DNA from: a virus
Lineage: Duplodnaviria > Caudoviricetes
Strand: one strand, 5' to 3'
Length of the DNA stretch: 64,000 bases
Virus record (IMG/VR): IMGVR_UViG_3300037312_001491
Coordinates: 1-64,000 of that record
Of the stretch, positions 42,488-51,195 are shown piece by piece (within the stretch, counting starts at the first letter, position 1; every line of letters starts with the position of its first letter). Position numbers and translations under genes: made by a program. The notes below the pieces were generated by a model. That model worked only from the letters and a program-made list of their open reading frames with translations, ran no database searches and was not told the DNA's origin.

Positions 42488-44215
42488 ATGGCGACCCATC
42501 GCCGGCTCGACCTCGGAGAACTGCGGCCCATGACCCGCCGCGGGGACGGGACCGTCCGCGTCCAGGCGCACCTCACGCGCTGTGGCGTGTTTCCATACCT
42601 CCAGCCCGACGGCACCATTCGCCGCGAGCTGCGCCCCCGCGACGAGGTGATGGATCCGGAGTCCCTGGCGTCGTTCGCCGGCGTGCCTGTCACCAACGAC
42701 CACCCGCCCGAGATGGTCGACTCGAAGAACGCCCGCAAGTACGCGGTCGGCTCGCTCCAGGGGACGCCGATTCCCGACGACGACCACGTCCGCGGCGATC
42801 TCTCCGTCTACGACGGCGAGACCATCGGCCAGATGGACAGCGGCTCGCGGCGCCAGGTTAGCCTGGGCTACACCTGTGACCTCGAAGAGACGCCAGGCGT
42901 CGATCCGGTCTACGGCCCCTACGATGCCATCCAGCGGAACATCCGCGGCAACCACGTCGCCCTGGTGACGACGGCCCGCGCCGGTGGCACGGCACGCGTC
43001 CGCCTCGACGCTGCGGAGCAGCTTGATGGCACGGTTCTTGCGCTCTGCACGAACTGTGCCAAGATGCATTTCATGGCGACCAACGCCGCGCACGCCGACG
43101 CAAGCGAGACCGACAAGCCGCAGGGTGGCAAGCCCGAGGCTGGTGACCCGGACACGGGTGACGAGGCTTCGCGCAACGCCGCCGGCGCGAACGACGCGCA
43201 GGCCGGCGATAAGGCCAAGAAGCCGCCGGCGACCGCCGACGACACCGACACGAAGGTCGAGCGCGACAGCGCCGACGACGACGAGGAAGACGACACCCCC
43301 ACCGATGGCGGCGATGACGACGACACCTCGGACGACGACGACGATGAAGGCGACGACTCGGACGACGACACCGACGCCGGTGACGACGACGAGGAAGACC
43401 GCGACGATGACGGCGAGCAGCTGTCGGACGAGGACCGCCACAAGATGGCGACCAGCTCGTTCGCGGTGCCAGACCGAGAAGGTCTGCCCATCCACGACCC
43501 CGATCACACGCGGGCCGCGATGGCGCGCTTCAACCAGTACAAGTTCAAGTCGCCCGAAGAGAAGCACGCAGCGTTCAACCGGATCACCCGGCGCGCGTCG
43601 CACTTCGGCATCGACAGCAAGGGTTTCGAGGAGGCGCATCGCGACCGCCTCGACCGCGAGGACGACGAGATGAAGAAGATCGCCCAGCTCCAGACTAAGC
43701 TCGACGCGGCCGAGAAGAAGCTCGCAACGGCCGAAGGCCAGGTCGCCAGCCTCACCAAGGACCTCGAAGCCGCGAAGAAGACGACCGAGTCGGCCCGCAA
43801 GGACGCCGCCGATCGCTTCGACGCGATGGTCGCCGAGCGCGTCGCGCTCCTGACCGAGGCCGCCGCGACTGGCGCGAAGGTCGACGCGAAGATGTCGTCG
43901 ATCGAGATCAAGCGCACCGTCGTCAAGCACGTCGACGGCGAGGACATCCCGGCCGAGAAGCCGGAGCCGTACGTCGACGCGTACTACGAGGGCGCTCTCA
44001 AGCGCGCTCGCAGGGACGCCGAGGACACGAAGAAGGGCGCAGACGCCCTCGCCGCCGCGCGCGCCACCGCCGCGGGTGCGACGCAGCCGGTCCCGCAGCC
44101 GGTCCCGCACAACGACGCCGACGACACCGATGAGCAGGCGGCCTACGCCCGCGCGAACGCCCGCAACGCCGAGGCGTGGACCCACTCGTGGGGCCGCACT
44201 CAGGAGAACAAGTAA
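42488..44215 (+). CDS. DUF2213 prohead protease/scaffold with acidic linker and inserted DUF6582-like domain
   Basis: AHLTRCGVFPY, SFAGVPVTNDHP, RQVSLGYTCD, QRNIRGNHVALVTTARAG; SSFAVPDREGLPIHDPDHTRAAMARF insert; C-terminal coiled coil. Confidence 0.9.
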   Translation: MATHRRLDLGELRPMTRRGDGTVRVQAHLTRCGVFPYLQPDGTIRRELRPRDEVMDPESLASFAGVPVTNDHPPEMVDSKNARKYAVGSLQGTPIPDDDHVRGDLSVYDGETIGQMDSGSRRQVSLGYTCDLEETPGVDPVYGPYDAIQRNIRGNHVALVTTARAGGTARVRLDAAEQLDGTVLALCTNCAKMHFMATNAAHADASETDKPQGGKPEAGDPDTGDEASRNAAGANDAQAGDKAKKPPATADDTDTKVERDSADDDEEDDTPTDGGDDDDTSDDDDDEGDDSDDDTDAGDDDEEDRDDDGEQLSDEDRHKMATSSFAVPDREGLPIHDPDHTRAAMARFNQYKFKSPEEKHAAFNRITRRASHFGIDSKGFEEAHRDRLDREDDEMKKIAQLQTKLDAAEKKLATAEGQVASLTKDLEAAKKTTESARKDAADRFDAMVAERVALLTEAAATGAKVDAKMSSIEIKRTVVKHVDGEDIPAEKPEPYVDAYYEGALKRARRDAEDTKKGADALAAARATAAGATQPVPQPVPHNDADDTDEQAAYARANARNAEAWTHSWGRTQENK

Positions 44216-44216
44216 C

Positions 44217-44744
44217 ATGCCCGTCCAGACCTCCGTCTCCGTCGCCCCCGCCATCGCCTTCGCCGGCCAGCTCGCCGACGACGCCGAGAACGATGCGATC
44301 ACGCTCCTGAACGCCGAGGCGTCGGCCTCGATGCCGTTCGGCTCGATCGTCGCGTTCAAGACCGCAGCGCCCGTCAGCGAGAAGGACGCGATCCTGCCCG
44401 CCGCTTCAACCGCGAAGATCGCCGGCATCATCATCCACCGTCACAACTACGCCAAGGCGTTCCCGATGAACGGCGTGACGGTCGGTGAGCTGGATGACAC
44501 CGGCCTCCTGGTCGGCATCCCGTTCAGCTGCCTCCGCAGCGGTCGCATCTTCGTCATCTGCGAGGACGGCTGCAACCCGGGCGACCCGCTGTTCGTTCGC
44601 TACGCCGGCGGCACGCTCGGCGCGGCGCGCTCGACGGACGCCGGCAGCTCGACGTGCACCGACCTCACGAACCGCGGCACCTGGCTCTCGAAGGCCAGCG
44701 CCGGCGGCATCGCGAAGCTCGAAGTCGACTTCCGCAACAAGTAA
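44217..44744 (+). CDS. Head decoration/cement protein
   Basis: Position between protease and capsid; AFAGQLAD, MPFGSIV, GRIFVICED, IAKLEV. Confidence 0.75.
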   Translation: MPVQTSVSVAPAIAFAGQLADDAENDAITLLNAEASASMPFGSIVAFKTAAPVSEKDAILPAASTAKIAGIIIHRHNYAKAFPMNGVTVGELDDTGLLVGIPFSCLRSGRIFVICEDGCNPGDPLFVRYAGGTLGAARSTDAGSSTCTDLTNRGTWLSKASAGGIAKLEVDFRNK

Positions 44745-44770
44745 CCCCCTCCTGAGGAGCTGAGCACGCC

Positions 44771-45169
44771 ATGAGCGTCACACGCCGTGAGAACAAGACC
44801 CTCCAGGAGAGGGATCGGGTCGAGGCGACCATCGTCGCCGCGGTCGCCGCCACCTCCAGCATCGCGCTGGGCACGATGGACCGCGACTACGTCGTCGACT
44901 CGTTCGAGGTCGAAGCCCCCGGCGGCTACACCGCCGATGACGCCAACCGGTACACCATCACGCTCCAAGCGGGCGCGACGGTGCTGGCGACGCTCGACCT
45001 CACCACCGCAACCGGCAGCCTCGTGGACCTCGTGTTCAAGGCCGCCACGCTCGCCGCGACGCACTACGGCTCGGCCGGGGACACCCTCAAGGCCGTCCTC
45101 ACCAAGAACGGCACGGCCGCCAACATCCCCGCCGGTACTCGCCTCGTGGCGAAGTGCCACCTGCTCTAA
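44771..45169 (+). CDS. Putative second head decoration protein
   Basis: Beta-rich ORF between cement and capsid, GAGGAG RBS. Confidence 0.55.
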   Translation: MSVTRRENKTLQERDRVEATIVAAVAATSSIALGTMDRDYVVDSFEVEAPGGYTADDANRYTITLQAGATVLATLDLTTATGSLVDLVFKAATLAATHYGSAGDTLKAVLTKNGTAANIPAGTRLVAKCHLL

Positions 45170-45183
45170 GAGAGGCCACGATC

Positions 45184-46260
45184 ATGTCCTTCAACGTCAC
45201 CGCCCGTTTCTCCCAGGAGCGTCTCGACAAGATGCTCGCCCAGTCGCGTGGGTATGACCCCCGCGCGCCGCGTGCTGCCCGCATCGACAGCCTGAGTGAC
45301 AACCAGCGCCACCTGCTCGAAGGCATCTTCCACCGTGACGCCTCGGAGAGCATCTGGTTCGCGCGCCAGCTGGAGTACATCCGCCCCGGCCTGCTCGACG
45401 TCCTCTACCCGGCGCTCAACGGCCGGTCGCTCGTGCCGATCGAGTCGTCGATGGGTCCGGGTGCGTCGATGTGGACCTACCGCTCGTTCGACAAGGTCGG
45501 TAGCGCCGCCCTCGTCGACGACTACGCGATGGACCCGCCGCGCGCCGACGTGAAGGGCCGCGAGGACACGCAGGTCATCAAGCCGTACGGCGTCATGTAC
45601 GGCTACAACTTCCAGGAGCTTCGCGCCGGCATGATGGCGCAGCTGCCCCTGGACACGCGCAAGGCGATGGCCGCGCGCTACGCCATGGAGAGGAAGATCG
45701 ACGAGATCATCTTCTACGGCGACACGGCCGGCGGCCTCAAGGGCCTCCTGAACCAGGCGAACACGACCACGTTCAACGTGGCGAACGGCGCCAAGGGCAC
45801 CACGTTCTGGAAGGACAAGAGCCCGGACGAGATCGTGCGTGACATGCACGACTTCGTGAACAACGTCGTGTCGACGAGCCTGGGCGTGTACCAGCCGACG
45901 ACCCTGGTGCTGCCGCTCCGCGCGCATCAGATCGCGTCGACGACCCGCATGGGCGACGGCTCGAACGAGACGGTCCTCTCGTTCTTCCAGAAGACGAACC
46001 CGTACATCCAGGAGGTCATCGCCTCCTACCGCCTCAACTACTCGCAGCGCGCGAACTGGGGTGGCTCGTCGGGTCGCATGATGTGCTACGAGAAGTCGCC
46101 GGACCGGCTGGTCATGATCCTGCCGGTCGAGTTCGAGCAGCTCCCCCCGCAGCAGGAAGGCTACGAGTACAAGACGCTCTGCCACATGCGCACGGGCGGC
46201 GTCGTCTCGCTGCACCCGCAGGCGATCTCGTACGGCGACGGCATCACCAACAGCGACTAA
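45184..46260 (+). CDS. Major capsid protein (DUF2184 / encapsulin-like HK97 fold)
   Basis: WFARQLEYI, YNFQELRA, IIFYGDTAGGLKGLLN, PTTLVLP, RTGGVVSLHPQAISY.DGI. Confidence 0.92.
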   Translation: MSFNVTARFSQERLDKMLAQSRGYDPRAPRAARIDSLSDNQRHLLEGIFHRDASESIWFARQLEYIRPGLLDVLYPALNGRSLVPIESSMGPGASMWTYRSFDKVGSAALVDDYAMDPPRADVKGREDTQVIKPYGVMYGYNFQELRAGMMAQLPLDTRKAMAARYAMERKIDEIIFYGDTAGGLKGLLNQANTTTFNVANGAKGTTFWKDKSPDEIVRDMHDFVNNVVSTSLGVYQPTTLVLPLRAHQIASTTRMGDGSNETVLSFFQKTNPYIQEVIASYRLNYSQRANWGGSSGRMMCYEKSPDRLVMILPVEFEQLPPQQEGYEYKTLCHMRTGGVVSLHPQAISYGDGITNSD

Positions 46261-46297
46261 CGTCGCGTAGGGGCGCCTTCCAGGGACATCCCCCGTG

Positions 46298-46336
46298 GCC
46301 CCGCCACCTCCAGGTGCGCGGGGCCTTTCGCTTTTC
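46298..46336 (+). terminator. Probable terminator after capsid gene
   Basis: GGCCCCG-C-CACCT-CC-AGGTG-CG-CGGGGCC then TTTCGCTTTT. Confidence 0.55.
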
Positions 46337-46348
46337 TAGGAGCCAATC

Positions 46349-46654
46349 GTGTCCGACCTCATCCCCATGACCGCACTCGCCGACGAAGTCGCCGCAGGCG
46401 CCGGCTCCCTCCAGTTCGCCACCCTGGCGATGGACATCACCGGCTCGCGCGGGCAGCACCTGTACCGTTACTGCGCCAACGTCGCCACCTGGATTGCCCA
46501 AGGGGCCAACCCGACGGCCACCGCCGGTGCCGGTTCGATGTACGTGCCGGCAGGATCGCCGGTCCTCCTCGACGGCTTCGACGGCGCAAAGCTCGCGGTC
46601 ATCGAAGACGGCTCGGCTGGTAAGGCCAACCTGGTGCCCGTTCTGAGGGTCTAG
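46349..46654 (+). CDS. Hypothetical virion protein
   Basis: GTG after AGGAG; structural-module position. Confidence 0.6.
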   Translation: MSDLIPMTALADEVAAGAGSLQFATLAMDITGSRGQHLYRYCANVATWIAQGANPTATAGAGSMYVPAGSPVLLDGFDGAKLAVIEDGSAGKANLVPVLRV

Positions 46655-46656
46655 CC

Positions 46657-47052
46657 GTGGCCGCCATCACCTGGACCGACGTCACCAACGTGGCGCCCGA
46701 GCTGTCGACCATCGCGTCGACGGTGCAGACCGCACTGCTCCTGTTGGTCAACGACTACCTCGATCCGGACACGTGGGGTGGCGAGGACTCGCAGAAGCTC
46801 CTCAGCGGCCGCGCCTACCTCGCTGCGCACCTCGCGACGCTCGGCAAGCGCAAGGGCGTCAACGGCCAGCTCACCGCGGAGGCCGGAGGCGGACTCAGCC
46901 GTTCGTACGGGATGCTGACCAACCCGACGATGTACTCGATGACGACGTACGGCGAAATCTTCGCGATGCTCGCCAAGACGACCGTGGCGCGTGTCGGGTT
47001 CTCGCTCGCCGCTGGCGCGCAGGTCCCGAGCGACCCTGGCTGGGACGGCTAA
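46657..47052 (+). CDS. Head-tail adaptor (DUF4054-like)
   Basis: RAYLAAHLATL...LSRSY...YSMTTYGEIF. Confidence 0.8.
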   Translation: MAAITWTDVTNVAPELSTIASTVQTALLLLVNDYLDPDTWGGEDSQKLLSGRAYLAAHLATLGKRKGVNGQLTAEAGGGLSRSYGMLTNPTMYSMTTYGEIFAMLAKTTVARVGFSLAAGAQVPSDPGWDG

Positions 47053-47538
47053 GTGGCGCGCCAGGGCAAAGTCGACACCGCGGCCTGGGTCAAGCTCCGC
47101 GAGCGCCTGGGCCAGGTGAAGCACGCCGGTCGCGTCAAGATCGGTGTGCTCGCGTCCGCCGGCCCTGTGCCTGGCGAGTCGTTCACGATGGCCGAGCTGG
47201 CCGCCGTGCATGAGTTCGGCTCGCCCGCCGCGCACATCCCCGAGCGCTCGTTCCTCCGCCGCACGTTCGACCTGCGCCGCCGCGACATCCACAAGCTCGT
47301 CGAGAACGTCACCGAGCACTTCGTCGAGGGGACGTACGACATCGACAAGGCCCTGGGCATCCTCGGCGAGTGGATGGTCGCGGCTGTCCGCAACACCATC
47401 GTGTCACGCCAGGTCGTGCCGCGCCTCGAAGAGTCCGAGGCTGGGCGGCGCACCATCGCACGCAAGAAGTCGACGCTCACCCTCGTCGATACCGGGCGCC
47501 TCCTGTCCTCCATCGCCTGGGAGAAGGAAAACAAGTGA
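47053..47538 (+). CDS. Neck / tail-completion protein
   Basis: AELAAVHEFGSPAAHIPERSFLR...RKKSTLTLVDTGRLLSSI. Confidence 0.8.
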   Translation: MARQGKVDTAAWVKLRERLGQVKHAGRVKIGVLASAGPVPGESFTMAELAAVHEFGSPAAHIPERSFLRRTFDLRRRDIHKLVENVTEHFVEGTYDIDKALGILGEWMVAAVRNTIVSRQVVPRLEESEAGRRTIARKKSTLTLVDTGRLLSSIAWEKENK

Positions 47539-47894
47539 GCCTCCTCGACTCCCTCGCGGACTTCGTCACCGGGACGTACACGGTCACGCGCACTGTCACC
47601 GGCGGCTACGACGTGCACGGCAAGAATGTCGCCGGCAGCACGAGCACGCTGTCCGTCGACGCGTCGCTCCAGCCGCTGACCGGCCGCGACCTGATGGCGC
47701 TCCCCGAAGGTCAACGATCCCAGGAGACGCAGTGGTTCTACGCGGCCGTCCAGATGCACGGTCGCGAGCCCGGCTTCGAGCCCGACAAGGTCACCATCGA
47801 CGGTGAGCCGTGGGTCATCACTTCCGTCGAGAAGTGGGTCGACGGCGACGACGTCTGGTACCGCTGCAAGGTCTCGCGGAGGGCTGCACCGTGA
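47535..47894 (+). CDS. Head closure protein
   Basis: ASLQPLTGRDLMALPEGQR, DKVTIDGEPWVI. Confidence 0.75.
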   Translation: MSLLDSLADFVTGTYTVTRTVTGGYDVHGKNVAGSTSTLSVDASLQPLTGRDLMALPEGQRSQETQWFYAAVQMHGREPGFEPDKVTIDGEPWVITSVEKWVDGDDVWYRCKVSRRAAP

Positions 47895-48715
47895 GCGGCC
47901 CAGGCATCGCATGGACGACGGTCGAGGATGCTCTCCACGACTGGATCACGTACGCCACCGGCCTCGCGAACGACCACGTCATCTGGTCCGGGCAGAACGC
48001 CGACCGGCCTTCGACGCCGTTTGTCGAGATGACGCTTGGCGTGGTCCAGCGCGTCGGCCTGGACGGCGTGCAGTTCGTCGACGCGCCGCTCGTGCTCGCG
48101 CCACTCGTGGCGACGCCGACGGTCGCGACGAGCACGTTCCTCTCCGTCGCCCACGGCCGCAACACCGGTGACGGTCCGGTCCGCCCGACCGCGGACGGCT
48201 ACGGTCTGCTCGCCGACACCAACTACTGGTTCATCGTCATCGACGCCGACCACTTCCAGCTGGCGACGTCGTTCCAGCTCGCGATGGCGCTGACGGCGCT
48301 CGCGCTCTCCGCGGGATCGGGCAACGTGACGTTCGCCTCCACCGCGGACACCGTGGCCGCCGGCGCCGAGATGACTGCGAAGTCTTTCGGCATGCGGAGG
48401 GTGCGCGTCACGTTCCAGGCGTTCGCCACCGACGCCTTCGGGAACAACGCCGCCGGGCCGCTGCTCGACTCGGTGGTCACCGCTCTGCCGCGCCGCGCCA
48501 GCACCCTGCGTGCGGCGGGGGTTTGCGTGCTGGACTGCAACGCCGTCACCACGAGCGGCGGGGTCATTGATTCCAGCATCTTCGAGCCACGGGCGGTCCT
48601 GGAGATCGTCCTGTCGCTCGCCAGTGAAGTCGACGAACCGACCACGCGGATCGAACGCGCCCTGGTCACCCCCACCGTCGATGGGGTCGTCAAGCCGACC
48701 ACCACGGTGGCCTGA
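47891..48715 (+). CDS. Tail terminator/neck protein with inserted domain
   Basis: VIWSGQNADRPSTPFV; insert AHGRNTGD...YWFIVIDADHFQLATS. Confidence 0.7.
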   Translation: MSGPGIAWTTVEDALHDWITYATGLANDHVIWSGQNADRPSTPFVEMTLGVVQRVGLDGVQFVDAPLVLAPLVATPTVATSTFLSVAHGRNTGDGPVRPTADGYGLLADTNYWFIVIDADHFQLATSFQLAMALTALALSAGSGNVTFASTADTVAAGAEMTAKSFGMRRVRVTFQAFATDAFGNNAAGPLLDSVVTALPRRASTLRAAGVCVLDCNAVTTSGGVIDSSIFEPRAVLEIVLSLASEVDEPTTRIERALVTPTVDGVVKPTTTVA

Positions 48716-48731
48716 TGCAAAAACTGTGCCA
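48716..48731 (-). promoter_or_regulatory. Sigma54-type box in antisense orientation before sheath gene
   Basis: Reverse complement TGGCACAGTTTTTGCA, identical to 54979-54994. Confidence 0.6.
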
Positions 48732-48748
48732 TAACAGCTAGGAGTCCC

Positions 48749-50098
48749 ATGGCCACGCTGACCGACTACGTCCAGATCACGATTACCCGGGACACGGTGG
48801 GCATCACCGCGCCTGGCTATGGCACCCCGCTGGTCCTGGGGTACTCGGCCACCTGGGCTGATCGCATTCGCTTCTACGAGGACCTGCCGTCGATGGTAAC
48901 GGACGGGTTCGCCACCGACTCGCCCGAGTACCTGGCGGTCCAGGCGATGCTCTCGCAGAACCCCAGGCCAGTCCAGGTCGCGGTCGGCAAGGGCCTCCTC
49001 AAGCCGACGCAGGTCTACGTGGTCGGCGTGAACTCGGTCGCGAACACGACGAACTACGTCGTGACCGTGGCAGGCCACGGCGTGACCACCACGACGCTGA
49101 CGTACACGTCGGACAGCTCGGCCACCAACGACGAGATCGTCGCCGGTCTGGTGACGGCGCTCAACGGTGTCGTTGGCAAGAACTACACGGCGGTGGCAAC
49201 CGGTTCGGCAGGCTCACAGGTCGTGACCATCACCGCCTCCTCGGCAGGTGAGTGGTTCTCGATCGCCATCGACGACCCGGCGTTCCTGTCGAACAAGCAG
49301 ACCCAGGCGGACCCCGGCATCGCCACCGACCTCGCGGCCATCCTCAACGCGAACCCAGGCTTCTACGGCGTCTACACGACGTTCAACAGCCAGGCGATCG
49401 TCGCGGCGACGGCGGCGTGGGTCGAAGCGAACACGCGCATCTACGTACCGGACGTCCCCGAGACGCTCGCGGTCACGACGACCGGAGGCTCCGGCGGTTC
49501 GGCGGACACGCTCGACGCGCTCCACACGTCGAACTACGCGCGCACGCTCGGCGCCTACCACCCCAGCCCGGTGAACATGCTCGGCGCGGCGTGGCTCGGC
49601 AAGATGCTTCCGCTCGACCCCGGCTCGGCGACGTGGAAGTTCAAGACGCTCGGCGGCGTTGCGTTCACCAAGTACACGACGACTCAGCGCAACAACCTGC
49701 TGAGCCGCCAGGCGAATGGCTACGAGAACGTCGCCGGTCTGTCGGTGACCTTCGAGGGCACCTCGGCTGACGGTGAGTACCTCGACGCCATCGTCGGCGA
49801 CGACTGGGTCACGACGGACATGCAGGTCCGCATCCTGACCGTGATGGCGGCCGCGAACAAGACGGAGTTCGAGGACACCGGCATCGCGCGCGTCGAGGCG
49901 GCTGTCCGCGCGACGCTCAAGGAAGCTGTGCGCCGCAAGATCTACGCGGCGAGCCCGCGCCCGCAGGTCACCGTCCCACTGGCCGCGAACGTCTCGACGG
50001 CTGACAAGTCCACCCGGACCCTGCCCGACATCAAGTGGACCGCGACCCGTAGCGGCGCGATCCACAAGACGAAGGTCCAGGGGACCGTGTCCCTCTAG
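48749..50098 (+). CDS. Tail sheath protein (DUF3383-like)
   Basis: SPEYLAVQAMLSQNPRP, PGSATWKFKTLGGV, NGYEN, GEYLDAIVGDDWV, DTGIARVE. Confidence 0.9.
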   Translation: MATLTDYVQITITRDTVGITAPGYGTPLVLGYSATWADRIRFYEDLPSMVTDGFATDSPEYLAVQAMLSQNPRPVQVAVGKGLLKPTQVYVVGVNSVANTTNYVVTVAGHGVTTTTLTYTSDSSATNDEIVAGLVTALNGVVGKNYTAVATGSAGSQVVTITASSAGEWFSIAIDDPAFLSNKQTQADPGIATDLAAILNANPGFYGVYTTFNSQAIVAATAAWVEANTRIYVPDVPETLAVTTTGGSGGSADTLDALHTSNYARTLGAYHPSPVNMLGAAWLGKMLPLDPGSATWKFKTLGGVAFTKYTTTQRNNLLSRQANGYENVAGLSVTFEGTSADGEYLDAIVGDDWVTTDMQVRILTVMAAANKTEFEDTGIARVEAAVRATLKEAVRRKIYAASPRPQVTVPLAANVSTADKSTRTLPDIKWTATRSGAIHKTKVQGTVSL

Positions 50099-50113
50099 TG
50101 AGGTAGCCCCGCC

Positions 50114-50554
50114 ATGGCCGTCAACCAGTACGACCCGCTCGCCATTCTCGCCAACTTCGGCGAGGTGCAGTTCATTCAGCTCGCGGAGGGCACCTTCCTG
50201 GAGGCCCAGCGCGACGAGGACTCCTTCACGAAGAAGGTCGGCGCCACCGGCGACGTGGTCCGCATCAAGAACCGCAACCGCTCGGGAACCGTCAAGGTGA
50301 CGTTCCTCCAGACGTCGCCGACGAACGCCCAGCTGTCGTCGTACCACAAGAAGGGCGAGCTGATTCCGCTCACGACCGCCGACGTCCAGCCGCTCCAGGT
50401 CAAGGACCTGCTCGGCAACGTCCTCATCCACGCGACGAACGCCTGGATCAAGAAGGTCACCAACGTCACCTACGGCAAGGACCTCCAGGGCCGCGAGTGG
50501 ACGTTCGACTGCGAAGTCCTCGACTTCGACTACGCGGGCGACGACCTGGAGTAA
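50114..50554 (+). CDS. Tail tube protein (DUF3277-like)
   Basis: YDPL, VGATGD, SGTVKVTFLQTSPTN, AWIKK...REWTF. Confidence 0.85.
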   Translation: MAVNQYDPLAILANFGEVQFIQLAEGTFLEAQRDEDSFTKKVGATGDVVRIKNRNRSGTVKVTFLQTSPTNAQLSSYHKKGELIPLTTADVQPLQVKDLLGNVLIHATNAWIKKVTNVTYGKDLQGREWTFDCEVLDFDYAGDDLE

Positions 50555-50557
50555 TCC

Positions 50558-51010
50558 ATGCAACGTACAGAAGATCGCACCTTCACCGACGAGCAGGGCT
50601 CGCTGGACGTCAAGACGACCCAGCTCCCTGCCATGCGCGCGTTCCGCCTTCTCAACCGCCTGGCGAAGCTCGTCGGCGGCTCGCTCGGCGCGCTGCGGGG
50701 CGTCGGCTTCAAGGCCGACGTCAAGCACCTGGCGCCCATCCTGGCCGAGCTGTTCGACCGGCTCGACCCGGAGGAGACCGACGCGCTCGCGCTCCAAATC
50801 CTCGGCGGCACACTCGTGGTCGCGAACGGCAAGGCCGTCTCGCTCCACAATGCCGACGCCATCGACGGCGTGTTCGGCGGCCGCCTGATGACGATGCTCA
50901 AGGTGCTGGCCTTCGCGCTGGAGGTCAACTACAAGGATTTTTTTCACGAGCTGCTCAAGGTCGCGGGCGACGTCAAGCCGCCGGCGATCCCGGAGCCACC
51001 GAGCCCCTAG
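50558..51010 (+). CDS. Tail assembly chaperone
   Basis: Between tube and tape measure; ends LEVNYKDFF. Confidence 0.8.
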   Translation: MQRTEDRTFTDEQGSLDVKTTQLPAMRAFRLLNRLAKLVGGSLGALRGVGFKADVKHLAPILAELFDRLDPEETDALALQILGGTLVVANGKAVSLHNADAIDGVFGGRLMTMLKVLAFALEVNYKDFFHELLKVAGDVKPPAIPEPPSP

Positions 51011-51192
51011 ACCTCCCCGAGGAGGTCGCCGAGGCGTTCCCCTGCTACCGCCTATGGCTGGCACAGCGGACGACCTTGACCGAGCTGGAGCACCTCTCAA
51101 TCGACGACGTCGACCTGGCGTTCAAGGCGCTGGAGGAGTGGGAGGACGCCGAGCGGCGACTCCACCGGCGCCTCAACCCTCCTAGGAGCTGA
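50935..51192 (+). other. -1 programmed frameshift site and extension of tail assembly chaperone (G/GT type)
   Basis: GGATTTTTTT slippery run at 50935-50944; -1 frame is open to TGA at 51192 and encodes RLWLAQRTTLTELEHLSIDDV. Confidence 0.8.
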
Positions 51193-51195
51193 GCC

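Noticed and set aside
43260-43420. GACGAC-rich repeat tract
   Set aside because: Encodes the acidic linker of the DUF2213 protein; not a separate element
50935-50944. Slippery sequence as a novelty
   Set aside because: Standard tail-chaperone -1 frameshift; listed as a feature only
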